This document shows positions 12,701-26,800 of a DNA stretch of 64,000 bases, in pieces; position 1 is the stretch's first letter; every line of letters begins with the position of its first letter. The notes below the pieces were generated by a model. The model did no database searches. It was not told the DNA's origin and saw only the letters and a list, made by a program, of their open reading frames with translations. This stretch comes from Octopus vulgaris (taxonomy: Eukaryota): NCBI GenBank assembly GCA_951406725.2, contig OX597836.1, positions 47,120,001 to 47,184,000 of the forward strand, read 5' to 3'. A program made the translations under genes and the position numbers.

Positions 12701-12741
12701 GGTCACTACCTGGAATCGAACTCAGAATCTCGGGGTTAGTA

Positions 12742-13290
12742 AGTAGTGATCGTGATACACATCACGAAGAAATGATCAAGCTTAATAACAATCTATTAAG
12801 CAACAACTATCCCCAAAACATACTCTCCACTCCAGTTATGAAGAAAAGAGAGGATGAAACCAATAAACTGTCCACAATCTGTCTACCCTATGTGAAAGGC
12901 CTCTCCGAAAAGATACAAAAGGTATGCGGCCCATATGACATCAGGACAGTATTCAAGAGTAATACAACTCTTCACAAATATCTCCTTCGAGTAAAACCTC
13001 CAATAGAAGAGAATATGACCAAAGACTGCGTATAATTCATTCCATGCAGCTGTGGTAGGTTATACAAAGGCGAAACATGCTGCCCCCTTAAAATAAGGGT
13101 AGACGAACATCGCAAAGCTGTGAAACGAGGAGATATTGATAAATCGGGTATAGCTGATCATGTATGGAGAAATGGAGACTACCTCCCCCTGTGGGATGAA
13201 GTTAAAATAATAGACAGAGAACATCACTGGAAAATACGGAAACCAAAAGAAGCAGTACATATGCTAGGACACAACAACCTCCTAAGCAGA
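12742..13290 (+). pseudogene. Penelope RT C-terminus/linker and GIY-YIG endonuclease with one premature stop
   Basis: NNYPQNIL..ICLPYVKGLSEKI..DCV*FIPCSCGRLYKGETCCPLKIRVDEH..KSGIADHVW..RKPKEAVH; TAA at 13033-13035. Confidence 0.9.
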
Positions 13291-13478
13291 TATGAGTAGC
13301 ATATGCGAACTGGTATTAAGGAAGGATAGGAAAATATTAGATTTATAAACCCTAAAATTCACTCCATAATTGCAACAACAACATCAGCAGCAGCAACAAG
13401 AACAACAAGAACAACAACAACAACAACAACATTGAAAAATACCATAGGAATGAGAACCCAAGTTCGAAATTTCCCCAA

Positions 13479-13524
13479 GTCACCTGATGAAGGCTGGCGG
13501 GTATATCAGCCGAAACGTTGTGTT
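13479..13524 (+). ncRNA. Minimal type I hammerhead ribozyme (3' pLTR)
   Basis: CAC-CTGATGA(13484-13490)-A-GGCTG..CAGCC-GAAA(13512-13515)-CGTT-GTG; palindromic AACGTT stem III. Confidence 0.75.
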
Positions 13525-14594
13525 AACAACAAACAAGATGAGGACAAATATCCGTCGAATGTAAATAATGTACATAATTCCTTGTCTCTTAAATATAGAA
13601 CTGTATAGTTTTTCAAACTTGTATTTGCAGTCCTAACGATGTCTTCTGCACATATGTCTCCTGCCAATTTTGGTTCAAATGACGGAATCATTACTTTTAG
13701 ACTGATGCACAATATACATTGTGAGAAGTTTTCTAATTTTTGTAGGTCCTGTAGCTCTATCTTTGTCCATTTTAGAAAAGAAAACTATCCTAATACTGCT
13801 ATAAGCCACGTATTCATTGCTTTGTAAATATTTCGTTTCGTCTCCACTACCTTCATAATCCCTGTACATTTTGGAGATTTTCTCTTTCATTTCGCCTTCC
13901 TATCATCTTGCAGTTTCCCTCATTATTATTGCAGTATCCCTCATTATTTCACTGGGATCTAATGATTTGCTTTCATACTAATTTTATACAATCAGAGTTT
14001 ATCTTTCGGCCTCTCTTTATAATTATCTCTATACATTTACTTACCTCAAACTGCATTCAAATATTCTTGCTAAACACCCTTACTGATTGGAGAATATAGG
14101 TTTTATAAAAGAAAAAAGAAACTTTAAATAGTTTTTAGTTCGTTGATATAAAGCAGGTGATTTATTTCCACCTTGTTTTAGCAAACTCATTGGCAGGCCA
14201 GTATTTTCTTAATCAGTATTTTCTTAAACAGAATGAGAAAAACTAATGGAGAGAGCGAGTCTCGCAGGAATATTCACGTGCGTATTTTTATGTTTCCTAG
14301 CGATTCATTGTCGCCTGTTGTTTCTACTTCGCACGCACTCATTGTCTTGTTTTTCTTTCAAAAAAGCTGTTTATCTTCTCAATGATTCCGAGAGCCCTCA
14401 GGCACTCCAAGAACCAACTGTTTGGAACATTTTAATAAGCGTTCTTGTAGTCTATTCATCCAACAGTTAAATTCTTCTTTCTTATTCTTACCGCATTTAA
14501 TATCTTCCTGTCAGTTTCCTGACAGCAGTTTCTCTTTACCTCTTCCTGCGTTTCTCTGGTTATAGGTTCTCTTTCTCCAGAAAGGAATATACTT

Positions 14595-15006
14595 TTCTTT
14601 ACTCTTTTACTCTTTTATTTGTCTCAGTCATTTGACTGCGGCCATGCTGGAGCACCGCCTTTTAATCGAGCAACTCGACCCCGGGACTTATTCTTTGTAA
14701 GCCCAGTACTTATTCTATCGGTCTCTTTTGCCGAACCGCTAAGTTACGGGGACATAAACACACCAGCATCGGTTGTCAAGCAATGCTAGGGGGACAAACA
14801 CAGATACACAAATACACACACACATACACATACATATATACGACGGGCTTCTTTCAGTTTCCGTCTACCAAATCCACTCACAAGGCATTGGTCGGTCCGA
14901 GGCTATAATAGAAGACACTTGCCCAAGGTGCCACGCAGTGGGACTGAACCAGGAACCATGTGGTTGGTAAACAAGCTACTTACCACACAGCCACTCCTGC
15001 GCCTAT
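14595..15006 (-). mobile_element. SINE family A, full length
   Basis: Matches consensus end to end; (tactcttt)n tail. Confidence 0.9.
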
Positions 15007-16184
15007 TTCATCAGCTATGACTTAATAATTTCCAGAGCAATGGTAAACATGTTATAGGTCTATAATTACTGACTTACTCGTTCTTCTCTTTGTTTTTCGG
15101 AACCATCATTGTCATATGTTTTGACAGCACGCTAGTATTCCATTTACTTTATACAGTCAGCAAGAAACAGTTGTATATAGCAGTGTATACTTCAGAGACT
15201 TTTGAGCGAGAATTCCTGAGCACTCTCTGTTCAGGAAGCTTTCAATTTTGCAATTTTTTTAAGCATCTCTTCACTTTTTCATCTGCAATATTTGCCTTCT
15301 TTTTTCTCGTCTTCCATTTCACTTTTAAATTTCCCTGACCACCCCGCTTTCATAATAGGTCTTCGCTCCTTCAACATCTGGAGCATCATCCCTTGATGTT
15401 CTCTCTCTTAGTTCAACTGTTGATAAAAATTTCATATTATTTCTGATCAGCTTGTTCTGCTGGTGTTTTGTTTTGTTGGTGTCTAGTTGTTTTACTTGAC
15501 ACTGCTTAGTATTTTTGCCTCATCGCTCCTTGAACTGTCTGTAATTCTGTAATTCTATGTCACTAACGTTTTCCTTTATTCGAAGTTCCTAAATCTTTGT
15601 CTTACCTTCTTCTTTCCTGTTATTGCATTTATCCTTGCAAGATCTCTATTGAGCAGTTTAATTTGATCCTCAAGTCTTTCTTCCCACCACGGGACTTTGT
15701 CTCTTGCTTTTTCTTTGACGTTTAACTCAAAGAATTTCCGCAGTAACTGACGCTGCGCAATAAAAGAGATCGTTGATATATGTCATATATGATGGAGTTC
15801 TCCATCATAATTTGTTTCCTAGTTAGGAGTTCCAGTATAAAATCTTTCACTTTCCTATTTTCGCCATTATTAAACTTTTGATTAAATTATTTTTATCCCA
15901 TTTATTTTATTTTCTTTCTCCGAATCTTTTTGCTTGTTGTTGTTGTATCCAGAAGTTATCCACATAACAATAATGGTGGCTAATAATAACAACAGGTATA
16001 GCAAAGCCATCGAATAATAACAACTGGTATAAGAGTAATTAACCATTGATTTTTTCTTTGCTGTAATAGACCTTGAGCCATTACTGTAGTGTTAGAGGTC
16101 GAGTATTTTTAATCGATACCAGAATATCACTGGTTGTGCTTTATTTTATCATACTATCTCCACAAGGATATCTTTTATCTTTTT

Positions 16185-16382
16185 TGTTCTTTTACTCGTT
16201 TCAGTCATTAGACTGTGGTCATGCTGGAGCACTTCATTGAAGAATTTTAGTCGAATGAATCGACCCCAGGACTTATTTTTTTTAAATACTGATCCTTATT
16301 CTTTCGGTATCTTTTGCCGAGCCGCTAAGTTACGGGGGGTGTAAGCACACCACCATTGATTGTCAAGCGATGGTATGGTACA

Positions 16383-16428
<46 letters not shown>

Positions 16429-16822
16429 TAATATGTATGGTTTTATACACACATATACGTATCTATCTATTTGTCTATCTATTTTGTCTTGCTACCCGGC
16501 ACTGTCTCAATCTCTTTCTCTCTCTCTCTCTTTCTCACACACACATACACACACACACACACTCATGCGCCAGACACACACGCACACCACACACACACCA
16601 CACACACCACACACCACACACACACCACACGTACATCACATCACACACACACATATACGACGGGCTTCTTTCAGTTTCCGTCTACCTGATCTACTCACAA
16701 GGCTTTGGTCGGTCCGAGACTTTAATAGAAGACACTTGCCCAAGGTGCCACGCAGTGGGACTGAATCCGGAACCGTGTGGTCGGGAAGCAAGCTTCTTAC
16801 CACACAGCCACGCCTGCGCCTA
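16185..16822 (-). mobile_element. SINE family A with expanded internal (CA)n region
   Basis: Head ~16660-16822, tail ~16185-16385. Confidence 0.85.
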
Positions 16823-17006
16823 TATAAATGTAAATTCGAAATGATTTCGATTTGAAGTCAGAGAGGAATTAGTCCAGCACCCGCCTTTCGCAGCCTCTCC
16901 AGGCGGTAAGTTTACTGAAGAGGTGCATGACGTTCATGTATGTCTTTATTGAAAGTAATTTATGAGATAAGAGCACAGAATCTGCCACTTTCATTAGGTC
17001 AATGTC

Positions 17007-17049
<43 letters not shown>

Positions 17050-17252
17050 ATTTGGCTCAAAAGCAAATAGCAAGGCCATGTAGGGGGACATGGAGTTAAG
17101 TACAGGGTGGTGTTCATGTAAAGAGTTCAGGCCACTTGAGGTCCAGGGAGGCTTTGAACAAAGCGGTCGTCGGCATCTTCACCATCTCGTCTGGCAGCTT
17201 GTTCCACGGATCCGCAACCCGGACGGAGAAAGCTCCTCTCCTTCGATTGAGA
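17007..17252 (-). mobile_element. 3' end of a CR1-type LINE with (AACT)n tail
   Basis: Minus strand LNRRRGAFSVRVADPWNKLPDEMVKMPTTALFKASLDLKWPELFT*, short UTR, (TTAG)n at 17007-17048. Confidence 0.85.
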
Positions 17253-17755
17253 TGAAATCGTCTTGTTCTAAAGGACTCTCCAAAATGTGTTTAAATATAC
17301 TGAAAGGTTTTGTATAAAACGAGGAAACGAAATGAGAAGTTATAGCATATATTTCCTTCACAATGTAATTAATATCGTAATTTCTAAGCTTCTTCTAAAT
17401 GGATTTTTCAAGTTACCACAAAACACAAAACAAAATAAACGATTATGAATTTATGATTAATTTTTCAGATGAAATGCTTGTCTTAAAATAGAATGTTTAC
17501 TTCATCTGCACATGCGAATGAGTGTCAGATTAATAAAATCAATAGACAACACGTTGCAACTAAATACTCTGTTTCTAGAAAAGACAATATTGTTTCCATT
17601 GATTTTTTATGTTTTGACAATATCAAATAATGTCCAATCGCCTTAACTAGGGATATCAAATAGGGAGGTGATATATCGACCGCAATTAAAGAAACCTTTT
17701 CTTCGCTGTATTCTTAATTCGTGTAAGGATTCTGTTCATTATTTATCCAAAGGTC

Positions 17756-17965
17756 TAAGGCGGTGAGCTGGCAGAGTCGTTAGCACGCTGGGCAATATGC
17801 TTAGTGGCATTTCGTACGTCTGCATAATCTGAGTTCAAATTCTGCCGAGGTCGACTTTGCCGTTCATCCTCTCGAGGTCGATAAAAAGAGTACCAGTTGA
17901 TCACTGGAGTCGATGTAATCCACTTACCGACTCCCTCGAACTTTTGTGCCAAAATTTGCGATCAT
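17756..17965 (+). mobile_element. SINE family C monomer (alternative tail)
   Basis: aaggcggtgagctggcag head, Nin/Deu-like domain, ttgtgccaaaatttg tail. Confidence 0.8.
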
Positions 17966-18074
17966 TATTTACCCTAAAGTCATGAGTTCTAGAAATATTA
18001 CATGCAAAAGCTGGATACGGAGATTTATGATCACAGATATCGGTTAACAAGAATAAATAACCGACTTCTTTTAA

Positions 18075-18365
18075 ATGTGTGGTAAAAACTTGCTTCTCAG
18101 ACGCCTGGTCTCGGGTTCAGTCCCATTGAATGGCACCCTTCACAAGGGGCTTCTATTATAACCTCAGGCCAACCAAAGCTTTGTGAGTGGGTTTAGTAGA
18201 TGGAAACTGAAAGAATCCTGTCCCGTCGGATATGTATATGTCTATGCGTCTGTTTAGGTTGCTACACCACCGCTTGATAACCAGTATTGGTTTGTTTACG
18301 TTCCCGTGACTTAACAACGGTTTTGCAAAAGAAACCCATAGAATAAGCACCAGGCTTTGAAATAA
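18075..18365 (+). mobile_element. SINE family A, diverged
   Basis: Recognisable B-box, ggaaactgaaagaa and gatagaataag motifs. Confidence 0.7.
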
Positions 18366-18654
18366 AGTAGTAGGCCGATATAAATCAACCCAATGTTGGT
18401 GTTCTTAATACCCAGTATTTAACGAAACCCATAACTCATTGAATTATAGAGTGAGCGCACAAATTTCGTATGTATATAATTAATGTGACAAGCTAACACT
18501 GTGATGCCGGTGCCTCTCCAAAATACAACCGCGAGATATATTTGCAACACAGTACTGTAGTATACGGAGGACTGAGGAGTAAGCAGTGGGTGTAACAAGT
18601 CTTGAATTGGTTGTCTCGCGTGCTAATTATTCAGTCAAAGGTAGATAACCATTT

Positions 18655-18875
18655 TGAGAACGTATCCAAATTGGTTTGTTTTTGACACAATTTCGGGGGC
18701 GGGGGATAAGTTGATTACATTGACTCCAATGTTTAACTGGTACTTATTTTATCGACCCGGAAAGAATGAAAGACAAGGTCGACCTCGACAGAATTTGAAG
18801 CCAGAGCGTAAAGACAAACGAAATGCTGCTAAGCATTTTGCTCAGCTTGCTAACGATTCTTCCAACTCGCCGCTT
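18655..18875 (-). mobile_element. SINE family C, diverged
   Basis: ctggtacttattttatcgaccc...gtcgacctcg...gaatttga. Confidence 0.75.
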
Positions 18876-19145
18876 TAGAATGCAACAAAAGACGATGTTG
18901 AACTAATTTCCTCGACCGTTTTGGTTATTTCAGTGTTTAAATCCAAAAGAAATTATGCTTAATATTACACATGTATTTTACACACAGCAGCCGTATTAGC
19001 CACACAAATTTTGCATACATTTTTACTTTCAGCTGCTTTTCTTTTTATTTATTACTTTGTGTTATAGTGTTTAGTGATGATGGTTTTATATATGTATATA
19101 TATATATATATATAAATATATAATGAAATAAAAAAAAAAATAAAT

Positions 19146-19389
19146 GTTCCTTCTCGAGCCATGCCAGGTTCATAAGGGCCGGTTTCCCGGTTTCAGTGGC
19201 GTAGAAATTTTCCACCTGGACGGGACGCCGGTCCGTCGCAGGATTACTCACTTTTGCCAGCTGAGTGGACTGGAGCAACGTGAAATGAAGTGTTTTGCTC
19301 AAGAACACAACGCGTCGCCCGGTCCAGGAATCGAAACCACAACCTTACGATCATGAGTTCAACAGCCTAACCACTAAGCCACGCACCTC
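19146..19389 (-). mobile_element. SINE head D (CORE-like gtgttcttgagcaaaacactt) with tail 3
   Basis: Head matches 62533; tail cataagggccggtttcccggtttc matches 61967. Confidence 0.8.
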
Positions 19390-19390
19390 G

Positions 19391-19534
<144 letters not shown>

Positions 19535-20483
19535 GTCATATACATACATATATATATATATATTTTAGCTGCTCGTTTTAGTGAGTTGAATGGCCTATTA
19601 AGGCCATTCCTTAATATTATTGTTGAAAGTATATATATATATATATATATTTAAAATTTTACATTATATAATTAGGGCTTAGTATAATAAATTACTTTGC
19701 CACATACTGAACTTAGTAGAAATAGCAGCCAAAAAAATTTTTCTTAGCATTTCTACAACTTAAAGAAAATTTCTTTCAGATAATGTTTACTCCAGACAGC
19801 CCACGAAGGTTTGGAGGTAAATACAGAAAAATATCACAAGTACATAGATCGTTTGAGTACGTCAACGTTTCAAGATTAGCCAAATAAAATCAGCATTTCT
19901 ATCGTCAGCTCAAAATTTCTTAATTTGTATTTGGAAACACTATAACACTGTTATATATATATTTATATATAAATTACTTTATATAATTAGGGTTCAGCAA
20001 AAAAAATTTACTTTGCCACATACCGAACTTTTAGAAATAGCAGCCAAAGAATTTAGCTATTTCCTCTACTATAAGAAGAGTCTTCCAGACAATGTATACT
20101 AAAAAGAAAACACAATTCAAATATAAACACAATTTTAAATATACCGTAAATGGTCCTTTTATATACTGAACACTGCTTGGTAAAATTATTAATTACTAAT
20201 TAATTAATTTTACCGTTATTATTATTGACTATATATATATATATATATATTGCTGGTAGGAACACCATATTTCATCATGGAACCATAATATATTACCAAA
20301 TATATTAAATGCTCATAAGTCATTACTGTGTCCTTCCTGTGTTAGCAGTGCGATTCAATCACTTTTGAAAGTTGTCTCTACATATTTTCTATAGAAACTA
20401 GAGTCAGCACTAAAAGTAACGACACTTTATATATCAATACGTTATGTAAACAATGCGATCGAAGATACAAGAATAGATAACGG

Positions 20484-20529
20484 GTGTATATGCAAATTTC
20501 GGGAGTTATTGCTTGTTCTTCAGTACCAC
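20484..20529 (-). ncRNA. Degenerate hammerhead motif
   Basis: GTGGTA-CTGAAGA-acaagcaataactccc-GAAA-TTTGC-ATA-TACAC; stem II partly broken. Confidence 0.4.
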
Positions 20530-20646
20530 ATCCAACCCCTTAACCATCAACGAACACATTGCTTAAATACATATCAAATATAGCGGTGTAACGCAACTGG
20601 ATATACCAATTTTACTTAATAAACATATTCTGGCAACTAGATTAAT

Positions 20647-20688
<42 letters not shown>

Positions 20689-22104
20689 AGAAACACACAC
20701 ACTCAAACACAACAGAGACACACAAACACACACACACACACAAACACACAAACACACACAGACACACACACACATACACACACACACACACAGAAATACA
20801 CATGCACAAAGACACACAGACGCACACAGAAACACACACATACTCAAACACACACAGACGCACACACACACACACACATACACACACACACAGAGAAACA
20901 CACACACACACACACACACACAGAGAAACACACACAAGTGTTAAAATTTGAAACGTCTCAGGCCAAACCATATTGTAGGTCGCACTACGTGACCACCCCA
21001 TCTCACTCCTGTCCTCAACCCCATCTCACTCCTGTCCTCTGGCCTCCACTATTTCGAGAGTGGCTTCCTTTGTTTTCTTTATTTAGCTGGAATATGAGAT
21101 TCAGTTTGGCAATATTTGTCCTCGAAATTTAAGCAGACAAACATATCATGAAATATGACAAGACACAAACGCTTCTTTTATGCTATTTAGAGAATTAGTC
21201 GAGAAAGATATAACGTCTGCGCATTTATCCAAATCATTATCAGCAAGATTAATGAGAAATTTTCGAGGACAAATCTTCGCATCAACAGTGATTGACACGC
21301 ACGTAATAAAATATTCATAAATGAATTGTGAAGCAAAAAGAGAAATAAACTATTGTCAACAGACGACTGTATTAACACCCTAATTCTACTTATGTAATTG
21401 ATGTTATTGTCTAGTTAATATAGTCTGTTACCTACGGAAATTATTCTGGAGTTATCGAACTATATAAATTGATCCATTGTTTCTTATGTATAATGTATAC
21501 GAGTGGCAAGATCTGTGTTTACGTAGGAGATAGCTAATGGCGCGTGTTTTAACTAAGTGTATTCCATTAAAATGTTTTTGTCTATTGGGGTGTAAATTAA
21601 GAAATTATGAAAGATGTGCAATAAGAGAACTATTTTTGAAACGATTTCATTGATCGCGAACTCACTCATAGCCGGGTAAGATAACAATCCACTAAACGGT
21701 GTATTTGTATGCAGACATATATGTACGCACACAAACATTATAGACATACATACACACATGTGTGAGTTTGTGTGTGTGTACGTGCGGTGTGTGTGCATTT
21801 ATACAAAGAGGTACAGCTTTGCAAGCCTATACAGATGACACTACATACTGTTCCTCTACTCATCCAGGAAATACAAAAGTGTAAGACTTCTTAACTGATA
21901 AACAACTCATCCCCAAATATACACAGTCTCTACAGTTTTTACCTCACAATCGCTGGTTATTTGTTATGGTAAACATCGATCCTTGTAACACAAGCAAAAT
22001 AAAGCTGCATCTCAAAAATGTAGACCTTCTCTTCTTTTGAAATCAGTTGTCGACGTGACCCCCGCTTTCAAATGCTGTTGATAGAGAATGGTGCATTGGA
22101 ATCT

Positions 22105-22292
22105 TTTATTCTTTTATTCTTTTATTTGTTTCAGTCATTTGACTGCAGTCTTGCTAGAGTTCCGCCTTGAAGCGTTTTTTTTTTTGTCAACAATTCGACC
22201 CCAGGACTTATTTTTAAACTTCATGCTTTTTCTATTTTTGATGAACCTTTAAGTTACGGGGACGTAAGCACACCAACAGCGGCTGCCGACAA

Positions 22293-22380
<88 letters not shown>

Positions 22381-22535
22381 GACGGGCTTCTTTCAGTTTC
22401 GGTCTACCAAATTCACACACAAGGCTTTGATCGGCCCGAGGCTATAGTAGAAGACACTTGCCCAATGTGACATGCAGTAGGACTGAACCCAGGACCATGA
22501 GGTTGGGAAACTACTTTCCACACAGTCTCGCCTAT
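22105..22535 (-). mobile_element. SINE family A
   Basis: Consensus match with (TA)n centre. Confidence 0.85.
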
Positions 22536-22754
22536 ATATATATAAATTAGAAAAAAAAACACCTTTTATCAATTCAATAATGAAAAATTAAATTATACCA
22601 TTTAGAAAAATTACATATTATAGAAAGATTAAATATAAGATAAAACATATAACAATAATAAAGTAATGTGCAAAATAGTAAATGAAACGTAATCCCCTTG
22701 CAAGACAATCACGCTATATAAATGTGTGATATAATATATATATATAAGGAAACC

Positions 22755-23253
22755 ACCCTAGATGCCACGCAGTGGGACTGAACCCAAAACCACGTGGTTG
22801 GGAAGCAAGCTTCTTACTACAAAGCCACGCCTGCCTCTCTATATACTCTTTTACTCTTTTACTTGTTTCAGTCATTTGACTGCGGCCATGCTGGAGCACC
22901 GCCTTTAATCGAGCAACTCTACCCCTGGACTTATTCTTTTTGTAAGCCCAGTAATTATTCTATCGGTCTCTTTTTGCCGAGCCGCTAAGTAACGGGGACA
23001 TAAACACACCAGCATCGGTTGTCAAGCAATGCTAGGGGGACAAACATAGACACACAAACACACACACACACATATATATATACATATATACGACAGGCTT
23101 CTTTCAGTTTCCGTCTACCAAATCCACTCACAAGGCATTGGTCGGCCCGGGGCTATAGCAGAAGACACTTGCCCAAGATGCCACGCAGTGGGACTGAACC
23201 CGGAACCATGTGGTTGGGAAGCAAGCTTCTTACTACAAAGCCACGCCTGCCTC
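22755..23253 (-). mobile_element. SINE family A full copy (22845-23253) plus duplicated head fragment (22755-22840)
   Basis: Both share the variant ttactacaaagccacgcctgcctctctata, indicating local duplication. Confidence 0.85.
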
Positions 23254-23839
23254 TCTATATGTACATAAAAGTACAAGTAGCCGTAAATCGAGACAAAGAT
23301 AAAAGAAACAATTGCATAGCAGGCACCAAGACTGGTAGAAAATAACAATGAAAAGGAAAAAAGCTGTGCTAAGAAAGACACGGCTAGAAAACGTATGACA
23401 CTTTCGATCACTAGGAGACTATCTGTGATGACTTGCTTTTCGAGTTAGATATAATATTTATTTACGAATAATAAGTTGTGTTTTCTAAAGGAGCCGAGAC
23501 AGCCAAACTAAAGAAGACAGTTAACCGGACAACGTTTATTGTATTAAATATTGCGATAGAAAGATTTGTTATTGGAAGAAAACTGTTGAAGAGTGCAACG
23601 AATAACTGGTGAGAAAGAAACATTGTTGTTTGAGACAATTCTCCTGGAAAATCGTAAAAAACGTAAGACTTATAATTGAGGCAAAACCAGAATATCAAAA
23701 CATAAGGTATGAAAACAAGAAACGATAAAAAAAGAAAAGAAAAACAAATGTTTCTCATTAAATATCATGGATGAATACTTTGAATCACTCAAATCGAAAT
23801 AGAAGTAAACATTGATTGAATGTCGAACAAAAACACACG

Positions 23840-23888
<49 letters not shown>

Positions 23889-23904
23889 CATAAAAAACAC
23901 AGGT

Positions 23905-23997
<93 letters not shown>

Positions 23998-24202
23998 GTA
24001 GATAGATAGATAGACAGACAGATAGATAGACGGACAGACGAACAGACAGACACACAGACAGACACATACATACATACATAAATGCATACATACATACATG
24101 TTTGTTTTGATGTTTAGTTACAATAAAAGCAATTTTTCATTAATCTGAGGAATTACTCTATACTTTTGTTCAGTACAGATTTATTATTCTCAAACAAGAA
24201 TC

Positions 24203-24275
24203 TTGTTGAGAGTGACTTCGAAATTAAGCCCTATGATGGCTTAACTTGCCGAAACTTCGAAGTCACTACCAACAA
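24203..24275 (+). ncRNA. Small fold-back containing a hammerhead motif
   Basis: CT(-)ATGA-T-GGC-ttaactt-GCC-GAAA(24251-24254)-CTTCGAAG-TC; preceded by inverted copy ttgttgagagtgacttcgaa. Confidence 0.5.
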
Positions 24276-24382
24276 TGTGCATGTGTGTGTGCGCGCGCGC
24301 GTGCAGAGATGAGAAGAACTAATTAACTGCTGAATAAAACACGATATAATCCCTGTCCTCCTTTATTATAAACTCATTATAT

Positions 24383-24775
24383 ACTCTTTACTCTCTTTTA
24401 CTCTTTTACTTGTTTCAGACATTTGACTGCGGCCATGCTGGAGCACCGCCTTTAGTCGAGCAAATCGACCCCGGGACTTATTCTTTGTAAGCCCAGTACT
24501 TATTCTATCGGTCTCTTTTGCCGAACCGCTAAGTAACGGGGACGTAAACACACCAGCATCAGTTGTCAAGCAATGCTCGGGGGACAAACACAGACACACA
24601 AACACACACGCACAGGCTTCTTTCAGTTTCCGTCTACCAAATCCACTCACAAGGCTTTGGTCGGCCCGAGGTCATAGTAGAAGATACTTGCCTAAGGTGC
24701 CACGCAGTGGGACTGAACCCGGAACCATGTGGTTGGTAAGCAAGCTACTTACCACACAGCCACTCCTACGCCTAT
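24383..24775 (-). mobile_element. SINE family A, full length
   Basis: Consensus match. Confidence 0.9.
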
Positions 24776-25039
24776 ATGTTCATTATATATTCATTATATA
24801 TATAATAGGGAATATAATTCCAAACTTACAGGGAAAAATTCAATTTAGAAATTCTAAATCAAATTTCACAATATATGATATATGTATATAAATTAAGTTT
24901 ATTTAATTAATTAATTTATTGATTTTTTGAAAATTTACTATAGTATATTTAATTTTTTCTATATGGTGTAGATAATGTCTTTCACTATTGAATTACTTAA
25001 TAGAGGTTATTTCTCTTAATATATATTTATTTATATATA

Positions 25040-25078
<39 letters not shown>

Positions 25079-25190
25079 GAAATATTAAAATAACTAAGTC
25101 TCTCTAAAAGAGAACAGCGGCCTCATGGAGCTAATAAGCGGACAGCTTTTTTCTTATTTTTATAAGAATGCCATATTAGTATGGCGATAA

Positions 25191-25251
<61 letters not shown>

Positions 25252-25619
25252 TATATGGAATAAAAGCTCCATTGGCTAGAAACCACTTACCCATACCAGA
25301 ATTAGATTGTCCTCAAGCAGGACAATCACACTATATGAATGTATGGTATAATATATATAACGGAACCACCATAAGCTAAGTTCAACTTTACGAGAACAAG
25401 AGTTTCACTGAAGAACAACATAGAACCTCAAGAACACAAGATATAAAAGGTTCAAAATCAGTTAACAATCAGGAAAAGTAATCGCCCATCATCTGACCTG
25501 CTGCCGGACGGATATCATTTTTTTTCGCCTCCTGAGCGGCACTTCTCAATCCGCAGTGTCAATGACGCCAAAAGCATAATCAGTGCCTGAGAATTAATAG
25601 ACAAGAAACAAAAGTTCAT

Positions 25620-26087
25620 ATCTAACATCAATAAAGCAAGGACTAGGACCAGGTGACGAATAATCTTATCTTTGACAATAACTTCATCAAAATAATCAAA
25701 ATGAAGATATAATCAGTGCAGTTCTCCTGATTACAAACATCGAAGAATTTTTCAGGCAAACACTGTGTTCGACTAGGGTTTCACCTCTCCTGCCAGTGGT
25801 TTTTAACACCTTCCGAAAGAATATCATGCAGGAGACGCTCCAAGACTACCAGTCTTCATTGGAGGATGGCCTATTTCCTACCCGCGCCTGGCTGAAGATA
25901 TTGACCTCTTAGGGTGCAGTAAAGCAGAAATCCAGGAGCTAACCACCAGTCTGGGAAAAGTATCAAGAGCATATGGAATGGAGATCAGCCGAGAAAAGAG
26001 CAAGATCCTGAACTGTTAAGTTACGGGGAAGTAAGCACACCAACAGCGGCTGCCGAGCGATGGTGAGAGGGGGACAAACGCAGACAA

Positions 26088-26167
<80 letters not shown>

Positions 26168-26800
26168 ACAACCAGGACACTGCAACCAATATCTTGCTGA
26201 ATAGGGAGAGATTTGATAAAGTGGACAATTTCAAGGGTATAAGATTCACTTTAATCAAGAAGAGCAGTTCTCAGAAGAAGATAACAAGACTTAGTTTCGC
26301 CTCTCTGCTGCCATGATGAAGCTGAACAACCTATGGAAATGCAACTCCATTAGTTTTTCACTGAAGCTCAAAGTGAACAAGTCCCTGGTAACTTCGATTC
26401 TTCCGCATTTTGAGAGAGAGAGTCTCTTATAGCTGACATAGAACAAAGAACCCCCGTGTTTTGTGGACAGGTGCTTCAGAAAGCTGCTACGCATCTCATA
26501 CACAGGACACAAAATGGACGGATTTGTCAGGCAGCAAACCAATAAATATGCTAGCAGACAGGAACCTCTCCTTGCACAGGTAAAAAAAAATCGAAAGCTT
26601 ACCTGGTGCGTTCACGTATCCTACCACAACTCCCTATTCAAAGCCATTCTTCATGGCATAGATGTTGAAGAGCGGAAGAGATGCAGACAAAGAAAATTTT
26701 TCCTTGACAGCATCAAGTATTGCACAGATTACAACACCGCCACCTTGCTCCCTGCTACGCGTGAAAGAGAACAAAGACAAGTGGCGACTATTGACTGTAA
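25620..26800 (+). pseudogene. Decayed RTE-clade LINE reverse transcriptase, interrupted by a SINE A fragment/(TA)n at ~26016-26163
   Basis: RLAEDIDLLG (RFADD motif), RAYGMEISREKSKIL, RCFRKLLRISY, RQEPLLAQVK..KLTW..HV..SLFKAILHG. Confidence 0.85.

Larger units (their letters stand above)
12513..13606 (+). mobile_element. Penelope-like element, 5'-truncated, with an inverted pLTR at its 5' end
   Basis: 12513-12655 is the reverse complement of 13437-13579; GIY-YIG coding relic between; hammerhead in each pLTR. Confidence 0.9.
11700..15950 (-). pseudogene. Long decayed R4/Dong-type RLE LINE, interrupted by Penelope and SINE insertions
   Basis: Minus-strand fragments DKVPWWEERLEDQIKLLNRDLAR, KAMNTWLIAV..KWTKIELQDL, KELHGRF, RICGKGNESINH and IIPVVIVAF...[14 protein letters not shown]; the last four are collinear with ORF 59504..60973. 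Confidence 0.8.

Noticed and set aside
16914-16945. CTGAAGA core-like heptamer
   Set aside because: No downstream GAAA or pairable stems; not a hammerhead
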